Below are positions 49,513-58,898 of a DNA stretch of 64,000 bases, one piece after another. Positions within the stretch are counted from its first letter, which is position 1. Every line of letters starts with the position of its first letter. The notes beneath the pieces were generated by a model, which saw only the letters and a list, made by a program, of their open reading frames with translations, did no database searches and was not told the DNA's origin. Source of the DNA: a bacterium (GTDB lineage Bacteria; Desulfobacterota; Anaeroferrophillalia; Anaeroferrophillales; Tharpellaceae); the NCBI GenBank assembly GCA_029932385.1, contig JAOZQE010000001.1, positions 1,475 through 65,474 on the forward strand, in the 5' to 3' direction. A program made the position numbers and the translations under genes.

Positions 49513-51378
49513 AACTGTCTCCCTGATGCCGGCAGCATCAAGCTTCAAATCAGAGTGCAACTGTTTCGGGGTTGCGTGCGGAACAAAGTTATCGGGCAGG
49601 CCGGTGACGATCACCCGGGTTGTCCATATATTTTCTGCCGCCATAAACTCTAAAACTCCAGAGCCGAAACCACCGGCACTGACATTCTCTTCAAAAGTAA
49701 AAACCTGCTTAAAGTTTTTAAGAGTAGTCCGCAACAGCTCACCATCAAAAGGTTTGACAAAGCGACAGTTTATTACCTGACACTCAATTTTGTCATTGAC
49801 CGACATTATTTCCGCTGCCGCCAAAGCTGAAGCCACACATGAGCCCACCGCCAGCAGAACCGTATCACCACCAGCCCGCAGGATTTCCCAACTACCGAGT
49901 TTAAGTTCCCTGAATTCACTATCCATCTCGACCCCCAAACCATTTCCCCGCGGATAACGAATTGCCGAAGGTGACGCATAGTGCAAGGATGAAAAAAGCA
50001 TCTGCTGAAGCTCATTTTCATCTTTGGGAGCCATAATGATCATATTTGGGATCATCCGCAGATATGAGAGGTCAAAGGTGCCGTGGTGGGTGGGGCCATC
50101 TTCACCGACGACCCCGGCGCGATCGAGACAGAGGGTCAGCGACAGGTTCTGGAGAGCAACATCATGAATTACCTGATCAAATGCCCGTTGCATAAAAGTT
50201 GAATAGATAGCCACAAAAGGGTGCAGACCCTGGCTTGCCATCCCGGCGGCCAGAGTCACTCCGTGCTGTTCGGCAATACCAACATCGTAGACTCGATCAG
50301 GAAACTTTTCCGCCATAAGCTCAACCCCGGTTCCCGCCGGCATCGCGGCCGTAATCCCGACAATCCGCTCATCTAAAGCAGCAAGTTTCGCCAGAGTCCG
50401 GCCAAAAACCGAGGTGTAACTTGGCGGAGCCGGTTTTTCAGAAGTTATTTTTTTGCCGCTGACGATATCGAAGGGGCCGACCCCGTGAAATCCAGTTGGA
50501 TCAGCTTCGGCCGGAGCATAACCTTTACCTTTTTTTGTGATCACATGAACCAGAACCGGCCCGTCAAGCTGGTTGACATTTTCGAAGGTTTCGATCAAAG
50601 CCTCAAGATCGTGGCCGGGCAACGGCCCGACATACTGAAAACCTAAATCTTCGAAAATTGTTCCAACCGGAATCACAAATCCCTTAAATGACTCCTCAGC
50701 CCGTTTTATCATATTAAAAACACTCTCACCGACTTTGGGTATATTCGTGAGAACTGATTTCACATCATGACGCAAACGGTTGATGGTGGCACCGGTCAGA
50801 ATCCGGTTAAGATATGCCGACATGGCTCCGACATTGGGGGAGATCGACATCTCATTATCATTTAGAATAACAATCATATCCCGATCCAGAGATCCGGCAT
50901 GATTTAAGGCCTCAAAAGCAATTCCAGCACTTATTGAAGCATCGCCGATAATTGCAACGCTGCGCTGACGCCGCTGAAGCTGTTCGGCAGCCAGCGCCAT
51001 GCCTAAAGCGGCAGAAATAGAAGTGGAACTATGCCCGACCCCGAATGCATCATATTCACTTTCGCTGCGCTTTGGGAAACCACTGAGGCCGTCGGACTGA
51101 CGTAAGGAAGAAAATGCAGACATCCTGCCAGTAAGAATTTTATGGGCATAGGCTTGATGACCGACATCCCAGACAAGCATATCTCTGGGCGTGGCGAAAA
51201 CATAATGCAGGGCGATCGTAAGTTCAACCACTCCTAAGGAGGACGCCAGGTGACCACCCGTACGGGATACGGTTTCGATAATCAGCTGTCTGATTTCCGT
51301 TGCCAGTTGCGGTAGACAAGCGCTGTCAAGTGCTTTTAAATCTTCAGGGCTTTCAATCTTCTTCAGTATATTTTCCAT
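49489..51378 (-). CDS. dxs: 1-deoxy-D-xylulose-5-phosphate synthase
   Basis: 629 aa; TPP-binding GDG...N motif and transketolase-like domains; 3' end overlaps glmM 3' end by 24 nt (convergent). Confidence 0.95.
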   Translation of the reverse strand: MENILKKIESPEDLKALDSACLPQLATEIRQLIIETVSRTGGHLASSLGVVELTIALHYVFATPRDMLVWDVGHQAYAHKILTGRMSAFSSLRQSDGLSGFPKRSESEYDAFGVGHSSTSISAALGMALAAEQLQRRQRSVAIIGDASISAGIAFEALNHAGSLDRDMIVILNDNEMSISPNVGAMSAYLNRILTGATINRLRHDVKSVLTNIPKVGESVFNMIKRAEESFKGFVIPVGTIFEDLGFQYVGPLPGHDLEALIETFENVNQLDGPVLVHVITKKGKGYAPAEADPTGFHGVGPFDIVSGKKITSEKPAPPSYTSVFGRTLAKLAALDERIVGITAAMPAGTGVELMAEKFPDRVYDVGIAEQHGVTLAAGMASQGLHPFVAIYSTFMQRAFDQVIHDVALQNLSLTLCLDRAGVVGEDGPTHHGTFDLSYLRMIPNMIIMAPKDENELQQMLFSSLHYASPSAIRYPRGNGLGVEMDSEFRELKLGSWEILRAGGDTVLLAVGSCVASALAAAEIMSVNDKIECQVINCRFVKPFDGELLRTTLKNFKQVFTFEENVSAGGFGSGVLEFMAAENIWTTRVIVTGLPDNFVPHATPKQLHSDLKLDAAGIRETVLAEKVLD

Positions 51379-51413
51379 ATCTACTCTTTTTCAGATCTCT
51401 TAGATTATCACTT

Positions 51414-52295
51414 TCAGATCAAATCATTCAGGGTATAATTGTAACTACGGACAATTTTTTTCAGTCGTTGCAGGGCAGTCTTTTCTAACTGCCGAATACG
51501 CTCCCGGGTTAACCCAATTTCTTTGCCGATCTCCTCCAGGGTTAGTCCCTCTTGGTCAAACAGTCCGAACCTTTTGCTGATAACCACCCGTTCTTTGGGA
51601 CGCAGTTCATCAAGCCAGCAGAGAATGATTTTCATCCTTAGATCCTGACCAAGAAGCTCATGGGCATCACTACAATTCTTGTCGGCCAGCTGATCTAAGG
51701 CCAGAGTTCCAGAGCTTAGACTGTTGCTGTCACTATCGTCGCTGAAACTGTTACCCGAAGTCAGGCTTACGAGGTTGTTAAGTCTGGCCAAAGCCGGTGT
51801 AAATGAGGTAAATGTATAACTTAGATAATCCGCAAGTTCTTCAAAAACTGGCTCACGATTAAATTCACGGATAAATTTCTGCCGCCCTTTTATGTAGGTG
51901 TTAAATTCATCGACAACGTGAACCGGAAGTCGAATAAGCTTGCTCTGACTGATCAGAGCCCGGTTCATATACTGGCGGATCCACCAGGCGGCATAGGTCG
52001 AAAAACGGCAATTAAAACTTGGATCAAAGCGCTCAACCGCCCGGATCAAACCGAGGTTGCCCTCCTCAATCAGATCATCCATCGGCAATCCCCGGTTCTG
52101 GTAACCCTTAACCAGGTGAACAACCAACCTGAGATTGGCTTCGATCATCTTCTGCCGGGCTTTTTCATCACCTGTCTGGATCTTACGGGCCAGTTCAATC
52201 TCCTCGCTCTCTTCCAGCAACGGAATCGTATGAATTTCATCCAGATACGAACCTAAAGCACCACCGGAAAATCTATGTTTATCATCTGACGCCAT
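51414..52295 (-). CDS. rpoS: sigma-70 family group-2 sigma factor, RpoS-like
   Basis: 293 aa; regions 1.2-4.2 present; lies directly downstream of pcm as in the gammaproteobacterial pcm-nlpD-rpoS arrangement. Confidence 0.65.
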   Translation of the reverse strand: MASDDKHRFSGGALGSYLDEIHTIPLLEESEEIELARKIQTGDEKARQKMIEANLRLVVHLVKGYQNRGLPMDDLIEEGNLGLIRAVERFDPSFNCRFSTYAAWWIRQYMNRALISQSKLIRLPVHVVDEFNTYIKGRQKFIREFNREPVFEELADYLSYTFTSFTPALARLNNLVSLTSGNSFSDDSDSNSLSSGTLALDQLADKNCSDAHELLGQDLRMKIILCWLDELRPKERVVISKRFGLFDQEGLTLEEIGKEIGLTRERIRQLEKTALQRLKKIVRSYNYTLNDLI

Positions 52296-52929
52296 GCCGT
52301 CCCACCAGTTTCACAAAACTACAGGCTATAAGACGTTCACTCTGAAACTCATTTTCGCCGTGTCTGGTAATACGATAAAGATGCTGGCCCTGGTCTTTAG
52401 CCAGAGGAATGATCATCCGACCCCCAATCATCAGTTGTTCGAGAAAGGTCTGAGGCGGCTTGGCAAAAGCCACTGCAGAAACCACAATTGCCGAAAATGG
52501 GGCCGCCTCGGGCCAGCCGTAACTGCCATCAAATATCTTGACCAGGACATTAGCACAGCCCAGATCATCAAGCAGCTGTCGGGCGGGAATTGCTAAGGAG
52601 CGCAGTCTCTCTATCGCATACACCTTCGCCACCAGCCCCGAAAGCAGGGCCGTCAGATAACCTGACCCCATCCCGATCTCAAGAACCTTTTCACTGCCTT
52701 CAAGCCCTAAGGCTGAGAGCATGTAAGCCACGATATAAGGCTGGCTTATAGTCTGGGATTCACCAATCGGCAAGGCCGAATCACCATAAGCCTGATGTTC
52801 CAGACCGGATGCGACAAAACGGTGACGCGGCACCTGCCGCATCACCTCCAGCACATGCGGGTCATTGAGTCCGCGTCCGACAATCTGTTCATCAACCATT
52901 TTTTTACATAACAACGAGTAATCCATATC
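52282..52929 (-). CDS. pcm: protein-L-isoaspartate O-methyltransferase
   Basis: Start taken at the ATG immediately after the trxB stop (MDYSLL...); SAM motif [10 protein letters not shown]; TISQP isoaspartyl motif. Confidence 0.85.
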   Translation of the reverse strand, partial: DMDYSLLCKKMVDEQIVGRGLNDPHVLEVMRQVPRHRFVASGLEHQAYGDSALPIGESQTISQPYIVAYMLSALGLEGSEKVLEIGMGSGYLTALLSGLVAKVYAIERLRSLAIPARQLLDDLGCANVLVKIFDGSYGWPEAAPFSAIVVSAVAFAKPPQTFLEQLMIGGRMIIPLAKDQGQHLYRITRHGENEFQSERLIACSFVKLVGRHGVR

Positions 52930-53863
52930 AACTATTTTCAATATATTTTTCAGCCATAATCGCGGCCGTAGCGCCGTCAGCGATTGCAGTTGCAACCTGA
53001 CGCAAAGGTTTAATCCGTACATCACCAGCGGCAAAAATACCGGGACATGAAGTCAGCGTATCTTCACCGGCCACGATATAGCCGCGTTCATCTACCTGTA
53101 CCAGATCTTTAACAATATCACTGTCTGCCTTCATACCGACATAGATAAAAGCGCCGGCAACCTTGAGAAGGTGCTCTTTCTCAGTTTTCAAATCTTTAAC
53201 CAAAACCCCTTCAACCCCGTCATCGCCGACAATTTCCAAAGGAATGTGCGACCAGACAAATTCTAACTTGGGATTAGCAAAGGCTCTCTCCTGAACAATT
53301 TTTTCAGCCCGCAACTGATCCCGACGATGAATAACATAAACCTTGGAAGCAAATTTAGTCAGGAAAAGTGCTTCTTCCACAGCTGAATTACCGCCGCCGA
53401 TGACGGCCAGCTCCTGATCACGAAAGAAAGCTCCGTCACAGGTAGCACAGTAGGAAACCCCCGCTCCGCGCAGACGCTCCTCTCCGGGAATACCCAGCGG
53501 GATCCAGCCGCTACCGGTCGCGACAATCAAACTTTTACAATAAAAATTCTCATCCGCCCCACAGCTTACCTTGAAACCACCATCCAGTTTTTCGACTTTA
53601 AGACCTTCCTTAAACTGACGCACATCAAGACCGAACCGCTTCGCCTGAGTTTCAAACAGAGGTCCGATTTCAGCTCCGGCAATCCCCTCAGGAAAACCCG
53701 GGTAGTTATCAACCATCTCAGTTGTTGCGATCTGGCCGCCCATTATCATTTTCTCAAGCAGAACACACTTTAAACGGGCCCGGGCCGCGTAGAGACCGGC
53801 AGTCAGCCCGGCCGGCCCGCCGCCAATTATCAGGACATCAAAATGATTCTCATTATCAGACAT
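52928..53863 (-). CDS. trxB: thioredoxin-disulfide reductase
   Basis: 311 aa; FAD motif GGGPAG, redox-active CATCDG, NADPH motif GGGNSA. Confidence 0.9.
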   Translation of the reverse strand: MSDNENHFDVLIIGGGPAGLTAGLYAARARLKCVLLEKMIMGGQIATTEMVDNYPGFPEGIAGAEIGPLFETQAKRFGLDVRQFKEGLKVEKLDGGFKVSCGADENFYCKSLIVATGSGWIPLGIPGEERLRGAGVSYCATCDGAFFRDQELAVIGGGNSAVEEALFLTKFASKVYVIHRRDQLRAEKIVQERAFANPKLEFVWSHIPLEIVGDDGVEGVLVKDLKTEKEHLLKVAGAFIYVGMKADSDIVKDLVQVDERGYIVAGEDTLTSCPGIFAAGDVRIKPLRQVATAIADGATAAIMAEKYIENS

Positions 53864-53953
53864 AATTCTCTCCTAAAGTGTAACGCGGACATTGCCCGCA
53901 AGTAAGTGACCTTATCAGGTTACTAATTTAAGTAAGGAACCTACATCCTTTTC

Positions 53954-54706
53954 TTATAAATATTCATTAAAACTGAAATTCTTCAAACTATAAATGAAAG
54001 TTCCGGACGCCAGCGTTGACGCGAGTGAATAACGCCGCAGTGTGATGCCGACCTGTCCGCTGCGACTCAAAATTTCAACTGCTTCAGGCATAATCTGTTT
54101 GTCATTTAATTCTTTCATTTCGAAGAGCCGGATCTGCATCTCCTCCCCGGCGGGCAGAAAAACCGTTTTAGTAAGGGTCAAACTATCTTTACTTCCGACA
54201 GAAAGATACTCGATAAAAATATCTTCTAAAAAATTTTCCGTATCAACTTCCGGCGAGCTGAAAAGTAGCGGCCAAAACTTAAAGAATCGGGTTGCGACAA
54301 TTTGAAACGGCTCTCCCCTTTCCGACAGTAATTTTTCAATATCAGCAGATTGGCCATGCCAAGTCTGATGCTTCCGGGAATCAGACAACCAAAATTGCTG
54401 GTCAGCAATCAGGAGCTGACCGGCCACCGATCCCCAGGGAGTCAGCCACTGAATCTTTAACTTCTCCGGAGACTCTAAAAAAAGACGTACCCGGTATTTC
54501 CCATGGTCACCAGTAACAGCTTTCCATGAGAGAACCGCATCGGCTTTTAAGCTCTTTACTTTCACCAGTCGCTGCCAGACCTGACGGCTGAAAACAGCAT
54601 CATTCGGTCTGGAAACAGACTTTATTTCTGGTCGGCTGCAGGCGGTAAACAGGAATAACATTGAAAAGCAGAAGCAGAACCAGTATTTATAGAGGTATAA
54701 TTTCAT
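53954..54706 (-). CDS. DUF4292-like (LolB-fold) outer-membrane lipoprotein
   Basis: 250 aa; lipobox FTAC; beta-rich; tentative family call. Confidence 0.5.
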   Translation of the reverse strand: MKLYLYKYWFCFCFSMLFLFTACSRPEIKSVSRPNDAVFSRQVWQRLVKVKSLKADAVLSWKAVTGDHGKYRVRLFLESPEKLKIQWLTPWGSVAGQLLIADQQFWLSDSRKHQTWHGQSADIEKLLSERGEPFQIVATRFFKFWPLLFSSPEVDTENFLEDIFIEYLSVGSKDSLTLTKTVFLPAGEEMQIRLFEMKELNDKQIMPEAVEILSRSGQVGITLRRYSLASTLASGTFIYSLKNFSFNEYL

Positions 54707-54739
54707 TATATTTCAGCACTGCTTACAAAGTCTCAAGTT

Positions 54740-56647
54740 TCACCGTTGAAAGTGCTTCTCAATCTCCCCTCTTTCTAACTTAAAATAGAACGGTCGACCA
54801 TGCGGACAGGTATGCGCCAACGGGGTCTGGTCAAGTTTGTGCAAGAGTGATTTTATCTCCGCAGTCGTAAGATAATTACTTGCCTTAACTGCCATGCGGC
54901 AGGCCAGAGGGGCAAGTATGGCGTCAATACTTTCGAGTTTCTCACCGCTACCCCCGGCACTCAGATCAACCAGAGTTTCCGTGAAAACCGTTTCCATTTC
55001 GAGGCCATCGACCAATAACGGCACGGTTCGCAGTAGCAGAGTTCCCGAACCGAGAAAATCAAATTCAAACCCTAAACGGCCAAGCTTCTCCCGGTAGTTG
55101 CCGGCAAGTTCCTCTTCAACCACGGAACATTCGATCTGTACCGGTAGCAAGAGATGTTGGGCCGGGCCATCACCGGAACGCTGGCTCTTTAATTTCTCAA
55201 ACAACACCCGCTCATGAGCCGCGTGCTGATCCAGCATATAACATGCATTACCGGATTGTAAAACAATATAGGCATTCCAGAGCACCCCGACAACATCCAT
55301 TGATGAAAAAAAACCGGTTGTCTGCTCGCTGAAACCGGGAAAGGCTGCAGGATTGTCCATATGTGAGTCAGGCTGCCATCGGCTACCGGCTTCACGATGC
55401 TCATCCCGGATAAATCCAGAGCTTCCGGAACTGCCCTTTAAGACCGGTGCCGGCTCAAAAAAAGAGGGCGGCAGCTGTTTCTCTTCCGGCAGTTGCTTCA
55501 ACCCCGAATTATCAGTTTTATAGAGATAGGAATCCTGGGTATTATCGATCGCTGCCGATGTTTCCCGAACATCACTCCGGCTGCGGATGGGATTGAAAAA
55601 ATTATCCTTTACATCAAGCTGCGGATAACCGCTTAAAGCTTCCATCACCGTCTGCCGAATCAGGCCGAAAATCCGGCCGGAATCGGCAAAACGAACCTCC
55701 TCCTTGGCCGGATGGACATTGACATCAACCGCTCCGGCAGCAACCGTTAAAAAAAGCACCGCCGCTGGATAACGCCCCCGGGGCAGAGTTCCCTCGTAAG
55801 CTTTTAAGAGTGCCTGAATCAGGGTCTTATCGCGTATGGCCCGGCGGTTAACAAAAAAATAGAGCTGCCGGCTGTTGGAACGCTGGATCATCGGCAATGT
55901 AGTATAACCTCTCAGTTTAATCTCTTCACTGCCGCTTTCAGGTAATGTACGAAAATCACTCTCAGGATTAAGCTTCAATACGGCCGCAACCCGGTCTGAT
56001 TCACGATCGCCGCGGGTAAAATTAAGCAGCTGCCGGCCGTTATGTTCCAGCAGAAAAGAGCACTCTGGATGGGATATAGCAAATCGCTGCAAGCGCTCGA
56101 GAATTGCTCCTCTTTCGGTGTTCGTAGTTTTAAGAAATTTTTTCCGGGCCGGCACCGAATTAAAAAGGTTTTTAACCACAACCCGAGTACCAATCGGCGC
56201 CGGAGCCGCCTCTTCCAGAATCTCCCCGCCGTCAAGAAGCGTGAGTTTAACTCCGGCCTCCATCTTTTTATTCCGGGTAGTCAATGAAAAATCTGAGACC
56301 GAAGCTATGCTCGGCAGAGCCTCTCCCCGGAAACCGTAACTGCTGACCCCGAAAAGATCGGAGGCTGAGACAATTTTACTGGTTGCATGCCGCTCCAGAG
56401 CGAGCCGGGCTTGCCCGGCGGCCATCCCGTGGCCATTATCAACAACCTCAATCAGATCCTTACCGCCTTCAACGATAATCACCTTGATCTGATCAGCTCC
56501 GGCATCAAGAGCATTTTCGATAAGCTCTTTCACCACCGAAGCCGGCCGTTCGACCACTTCTCCGGCGGCAATCTGATTACAGACCTCCGGGTCGAGTCGG
56601 CGGATTTCAGGTTCATTGACATTATTCATAAGATTACATTGCGGCAA
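54740..56647 (-). CDS. mutL: DNA mismatch repair protein MutL
   Basis: 635 aa; GHKL ATPase N-domain (ELIENALDAGA, DNGHGM) and C-terminal dimerisation domain. Confidence 0.9.
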   Translation of the reverse strand: MPQCNLMNNVNEPEIRRLDPEVCNQIAAGEVVERPASVVKELIENALDAGADQIKVIIVEGGKDLIEVVDNGHGMAAGQARLALERHATSKIVSASDLFGVSSYGFRGEALPSIASVSDFSLTTRNKKMEAGVKLTLLDGGEILEEAAPAPIGTRVVVKNLFNSVPARKKFLKTTNTERGAILERLQRFAISHPECSFLLEHNGRQLLNFTRGDRESDRVAAVLKLNPESDFRTLPESGSEEIKLRGYTTLPMIQRSNSRQLYFFVNRRAIRDKTLIQALLKAYEGTLPRGRYPAAVLFLTVAAGAVDVNVHPAKEEVRFADSGRIFGLIRQTVMEALSGYPQLDVKDNFFNPIRSRSDVRETSAAIDNTQDSYLYKTDNSGLKQLPEEKQLPPSFFEPAPVLKGSSGSSGFIRDEHREAGSRWQPDSHMDNPAAFPGFSEQTTGFFSSMDVVGVLWNAYIVLQSGNACYMLDQHAAHERVLFEKLKSQRSGDGPAQHLLLPVQIECSVVEEELAGNYREKLGRLGFEFDFLGSGTLLLRTVPLLVDGLEMETVFTETLVDLSAGGSGEKLESIDAILAPLACRMAVKASNYLTTAEIKSLLHKLDQTPLAHTCPHGRPFYFKLERGEIEKHFQR

Positions 56648-56927
56648 AATGTTCGCGTACTATCTCGGCCGGGATAAGGCGTAAAAACAACCGGCCAGCA
56701 AGAAAAAGCACCAGAAAATCATCCACCTGACCAATCCCGGGAATAATAAAATCAGGTATCAGGTCATAAGGAGAGATAAAATAGATAACTGCCGCCATTG
56801 GGATTAATTTCAGATAAAAAGCTACCCGCCTATCCCATAGCAATCGCCAGCAGAGACGACCCTCCACTAAAATCCGCTGCCACCAACCCAGGTTACGAAA
56901 AAGACGGTCAGGCCGCAGGCCACTCAT
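56634..56927 (-). CDS. DUF1232 (YkvA-like) small membrane protein
   Basis: 97 aa; conserved ISPYDLIPDFIPGIG motif; overlaps mutL start by 14 nt. Confidence 0.65.
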   Translation of the reverse strand: MSGLRPDRLFRNLGWWQRILVEGRLCWRLLWDRRVAFYLKLIPMAAVIYFISPYDLIPDFIIPGIGQVDDFLVLFLAGRLFLRLIPAEIVREHFAAM

Positions 56928-56930
56928 GGC

Positions 56931-58058
56931 TTAACTCGCAACCGTATCAGCGACATAATTTTCAACCTCGGCAACCAGCGCTGACAACAATTCACTTTCC
57001 GGTAGTTTTTTCAGTATTTCACCCTTACGAAAGATCAAACCCACACCTTTGCCTCCGGCAATTCCGAAATCGGCATGCCGGGCCTCACCAGGCCCATTAA
57101 CAACACAACCCATCACCGCAATTTTCAAAGGCTTATCAATATGGGTCAGAGCATCCTCGACTCTTTCCGCCAGTTCAATCAGGGCGATTTCAGTCCGGCC
57201 GCAGGTCGGACAGGAGATTAATTCAATGCCCCGCTTACGTAACCCCAGACTTTTCAGGATTTCGAAAGCGACAAAAATTTCATCCTCGGGTGGAGCGGTA
57301 AGCGAGACCCGCAGAGTATCACCCAGACCATCCGCCAGCAGCAGGGCAATTCCGGCAGCTGATTTTATGGCCCCGCGCAATTTCGTTCCAGCTTCGGTTA
57401 TACCGATGTGAAAAGGGTAATCAACCCGGGTCGCAAGCTCCCGGTAAGCTGCCAGAGTGGCAGGAACATCAGATGATTTAAGCGAGATTTTTATCTGTGT
57501 AAAATTCTCTTTTTCTAAAAGCCGAACATGACCGAGAGCGCTCTCAACCAGAGCCTCAGGTGTCGGGCCGTATCTTATGAGCAGATCTTTTTCCAGAGAA
57601 CCGCCATTAACCCCAATCCGGATCGGAACGGCCCTATCTTTACAGGCGGCAACCACTTCCCGCACCCTTACGGCAGAACCAATATTCCCGGGATTTAAAC
57701 GCAGGCCGTCAACCCCCTGTTCAACCGCGATCAAGGCTAAACGATGATTGAAATGAATATCTGCCAGCAGAGGAATAGATATCTGCTCTTTTATCGCCGC
57801 CAGAGAGAAAGCCGCGGCCTCATCCGGAACCGCGACCCGAACCAACTCGCAACCGACTTTTTCCAAACGCTTAATCTGGGCTGCGGTCGCGGCGATATCC
57901 CGGGTATCAGTATTGGTCATCGACTGCACCGAGACCGGTGCCGGGCCACCGATTGCAACCCCACCCAGCACAATCTGCCGACTTTTCCGACGTTCCTTAA
58001 ACTCCAAACTTCCTCCCCATATCAATTGAGCTTGACAGTTAACCTTATCGCATAACAT
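56931..58058 (-). CDS. ispG: 4-hydroxy-3-methylbut-2-en-1-yl diphosphate synthase
   Basis: 375 aa; TIM-barrel N-domain and C-terminal 4Fe-4S domain with CPTCGR...GCVVNGPGE. Confidence 0.9.
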   Translation of the reverse strand: MLCDKVNCQAQLIWGGSLEFKERRKSRQIVLGGVAIGGPAPVSVQSMTNTDTRDIAATAAQIKRLEKVGCELVRVAVPDEAAAFSLAAIKEQISIPLLADIHFNHRLALIAVEQGVDGLRLNPGNIGSAVRVREVVAACKDRAVPIRIGVNGGSLEKDLLIRYGPTPEALVESALGHVRLLEKENFTQIKISLKSSDVPATLAAYRELATRVDYPFHIGITEAGTKLRGAIKSAAGIALLLADGLGDTLRVSLTAPPEDEIFVAFEILKSLGLRKRGIELISCPTCGRTEIALIELAERVEDALTHIDKPLKIAVMGCVVNGPGEARHADFGIAGGKGVGLIFRKGEILKKLPESELLSALVAEVENYVADTVAS

Positions 58059-58108
58059 TTATTGCAGGATTCCTCAAGTTCAAAAGCTTGATTGAGATTG
58101 CAGCAAAT

Positions 58109-58444
58109 CTATCTTTTAACTATACCTTTAAGCAGATGTTTTGCCGCCAGCAGAGGATGAGCCTTAAACATACGGGGTCCTGCGTAACCCATCACCTCTT
58201 TTATCCGTTTCTGCATAACCGGTTTGTAACAGTGAATCTCACACTTGCCGCAAGTAGTCCGTTTCTCCTGCAAAGGACAACGCCGCACCCGTTCGATGGA
58301 ATAATCGAGCAGTTCACGACACGAATCACAAAGCGGCTGACCACCATGATTATCGCGACAGAATAGCTCAATCATGATGCTGATCGTCTCTACTTCCCCG
58401 GCGATTCCAGCCGGAGTGGCCGTCCCTTTCAAAGTCTTACTCAT
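58109..58444 (-). CDS. ygbA: nitrous-oxide-stimulated promoter (YgbA) family protein
   Basis: ~111 aa from the MSKTLKG start; Cys-rich pattern (CRDNHGG..LC..C...C...KRTTCGKCEIHCYKP...YAGPRM) matches the E. coli YgbA family. Confidence 0.7.
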   Translation of the reverse strand: MSKTLKGTATPAGIAGEVETISIMIELFCRDNHGGQPLCDSCRELLDYSIERVRRCPLQEKRTTCGKCEIHCYKPVMQKRIKEVMGYAGPRMFKAHPLLAAKHLLKGIVKR

Positions 58445-58719
58445 GGAGATAAATCGATCCTGTAAACACAACAAGGCACGATAAAAGCGAAATCAACAAA
58501 GAATATTACCGCCTTTTTCGTGCCTTCGTTGTGACCTTAAAATTTTGTTTAAGAAGTGGAAGAGAATGACTCGTATCCCGAGCTGCAATTACATTACCGG
58601 ACATTAGTAATTAATTACCATTAATACGTAAGATCTTAGTTATCTTTGACATAGTATATGAGTAAGGTCAAGCTCATTTTTCAGCGATCCTGACAAACCT
58701 TAAAAACCCCGTAGATACC

Positions 58720-58733
58720 TTGACAATTGTCAA
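58720..58733. promoter_or_regulatory. perfect 14 bp palindrome TTGACAATTGTCAA (FNR/CRP-type TTGAC-N4-GTCAA box) in the ygbA-clpB divergent intergenic region
   Basis: Read directly from sequence; 165 bp upstream of the clpB ATG and about 275 bp upstream of the ygbA start. Confidence 0.35.
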
Positions 58734-58898
58734 TTTATGGTTATTTTATAATAATAGGCCACAACCTTCCAGAGATTGTATGATAAGTTGTGACTTTTTT
58801 CGAAACAGCAAAACATAACTGTAGAAGGACAGTCTTAAACTTAAATTCAACTACTCACAAGTTATAAAATATAAAAATTAGAATGGAGGTTTTTTAAT

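Noticed and set aside
58690-58720. Sigma-32 promoter for clpB around CTGACAA...CCCCGTAGAT
   Set aside because: The -35/-10-like elements are only about 11 nt apart, against the 13-15 nt expected, so this is not a convincing RpoH promoter.
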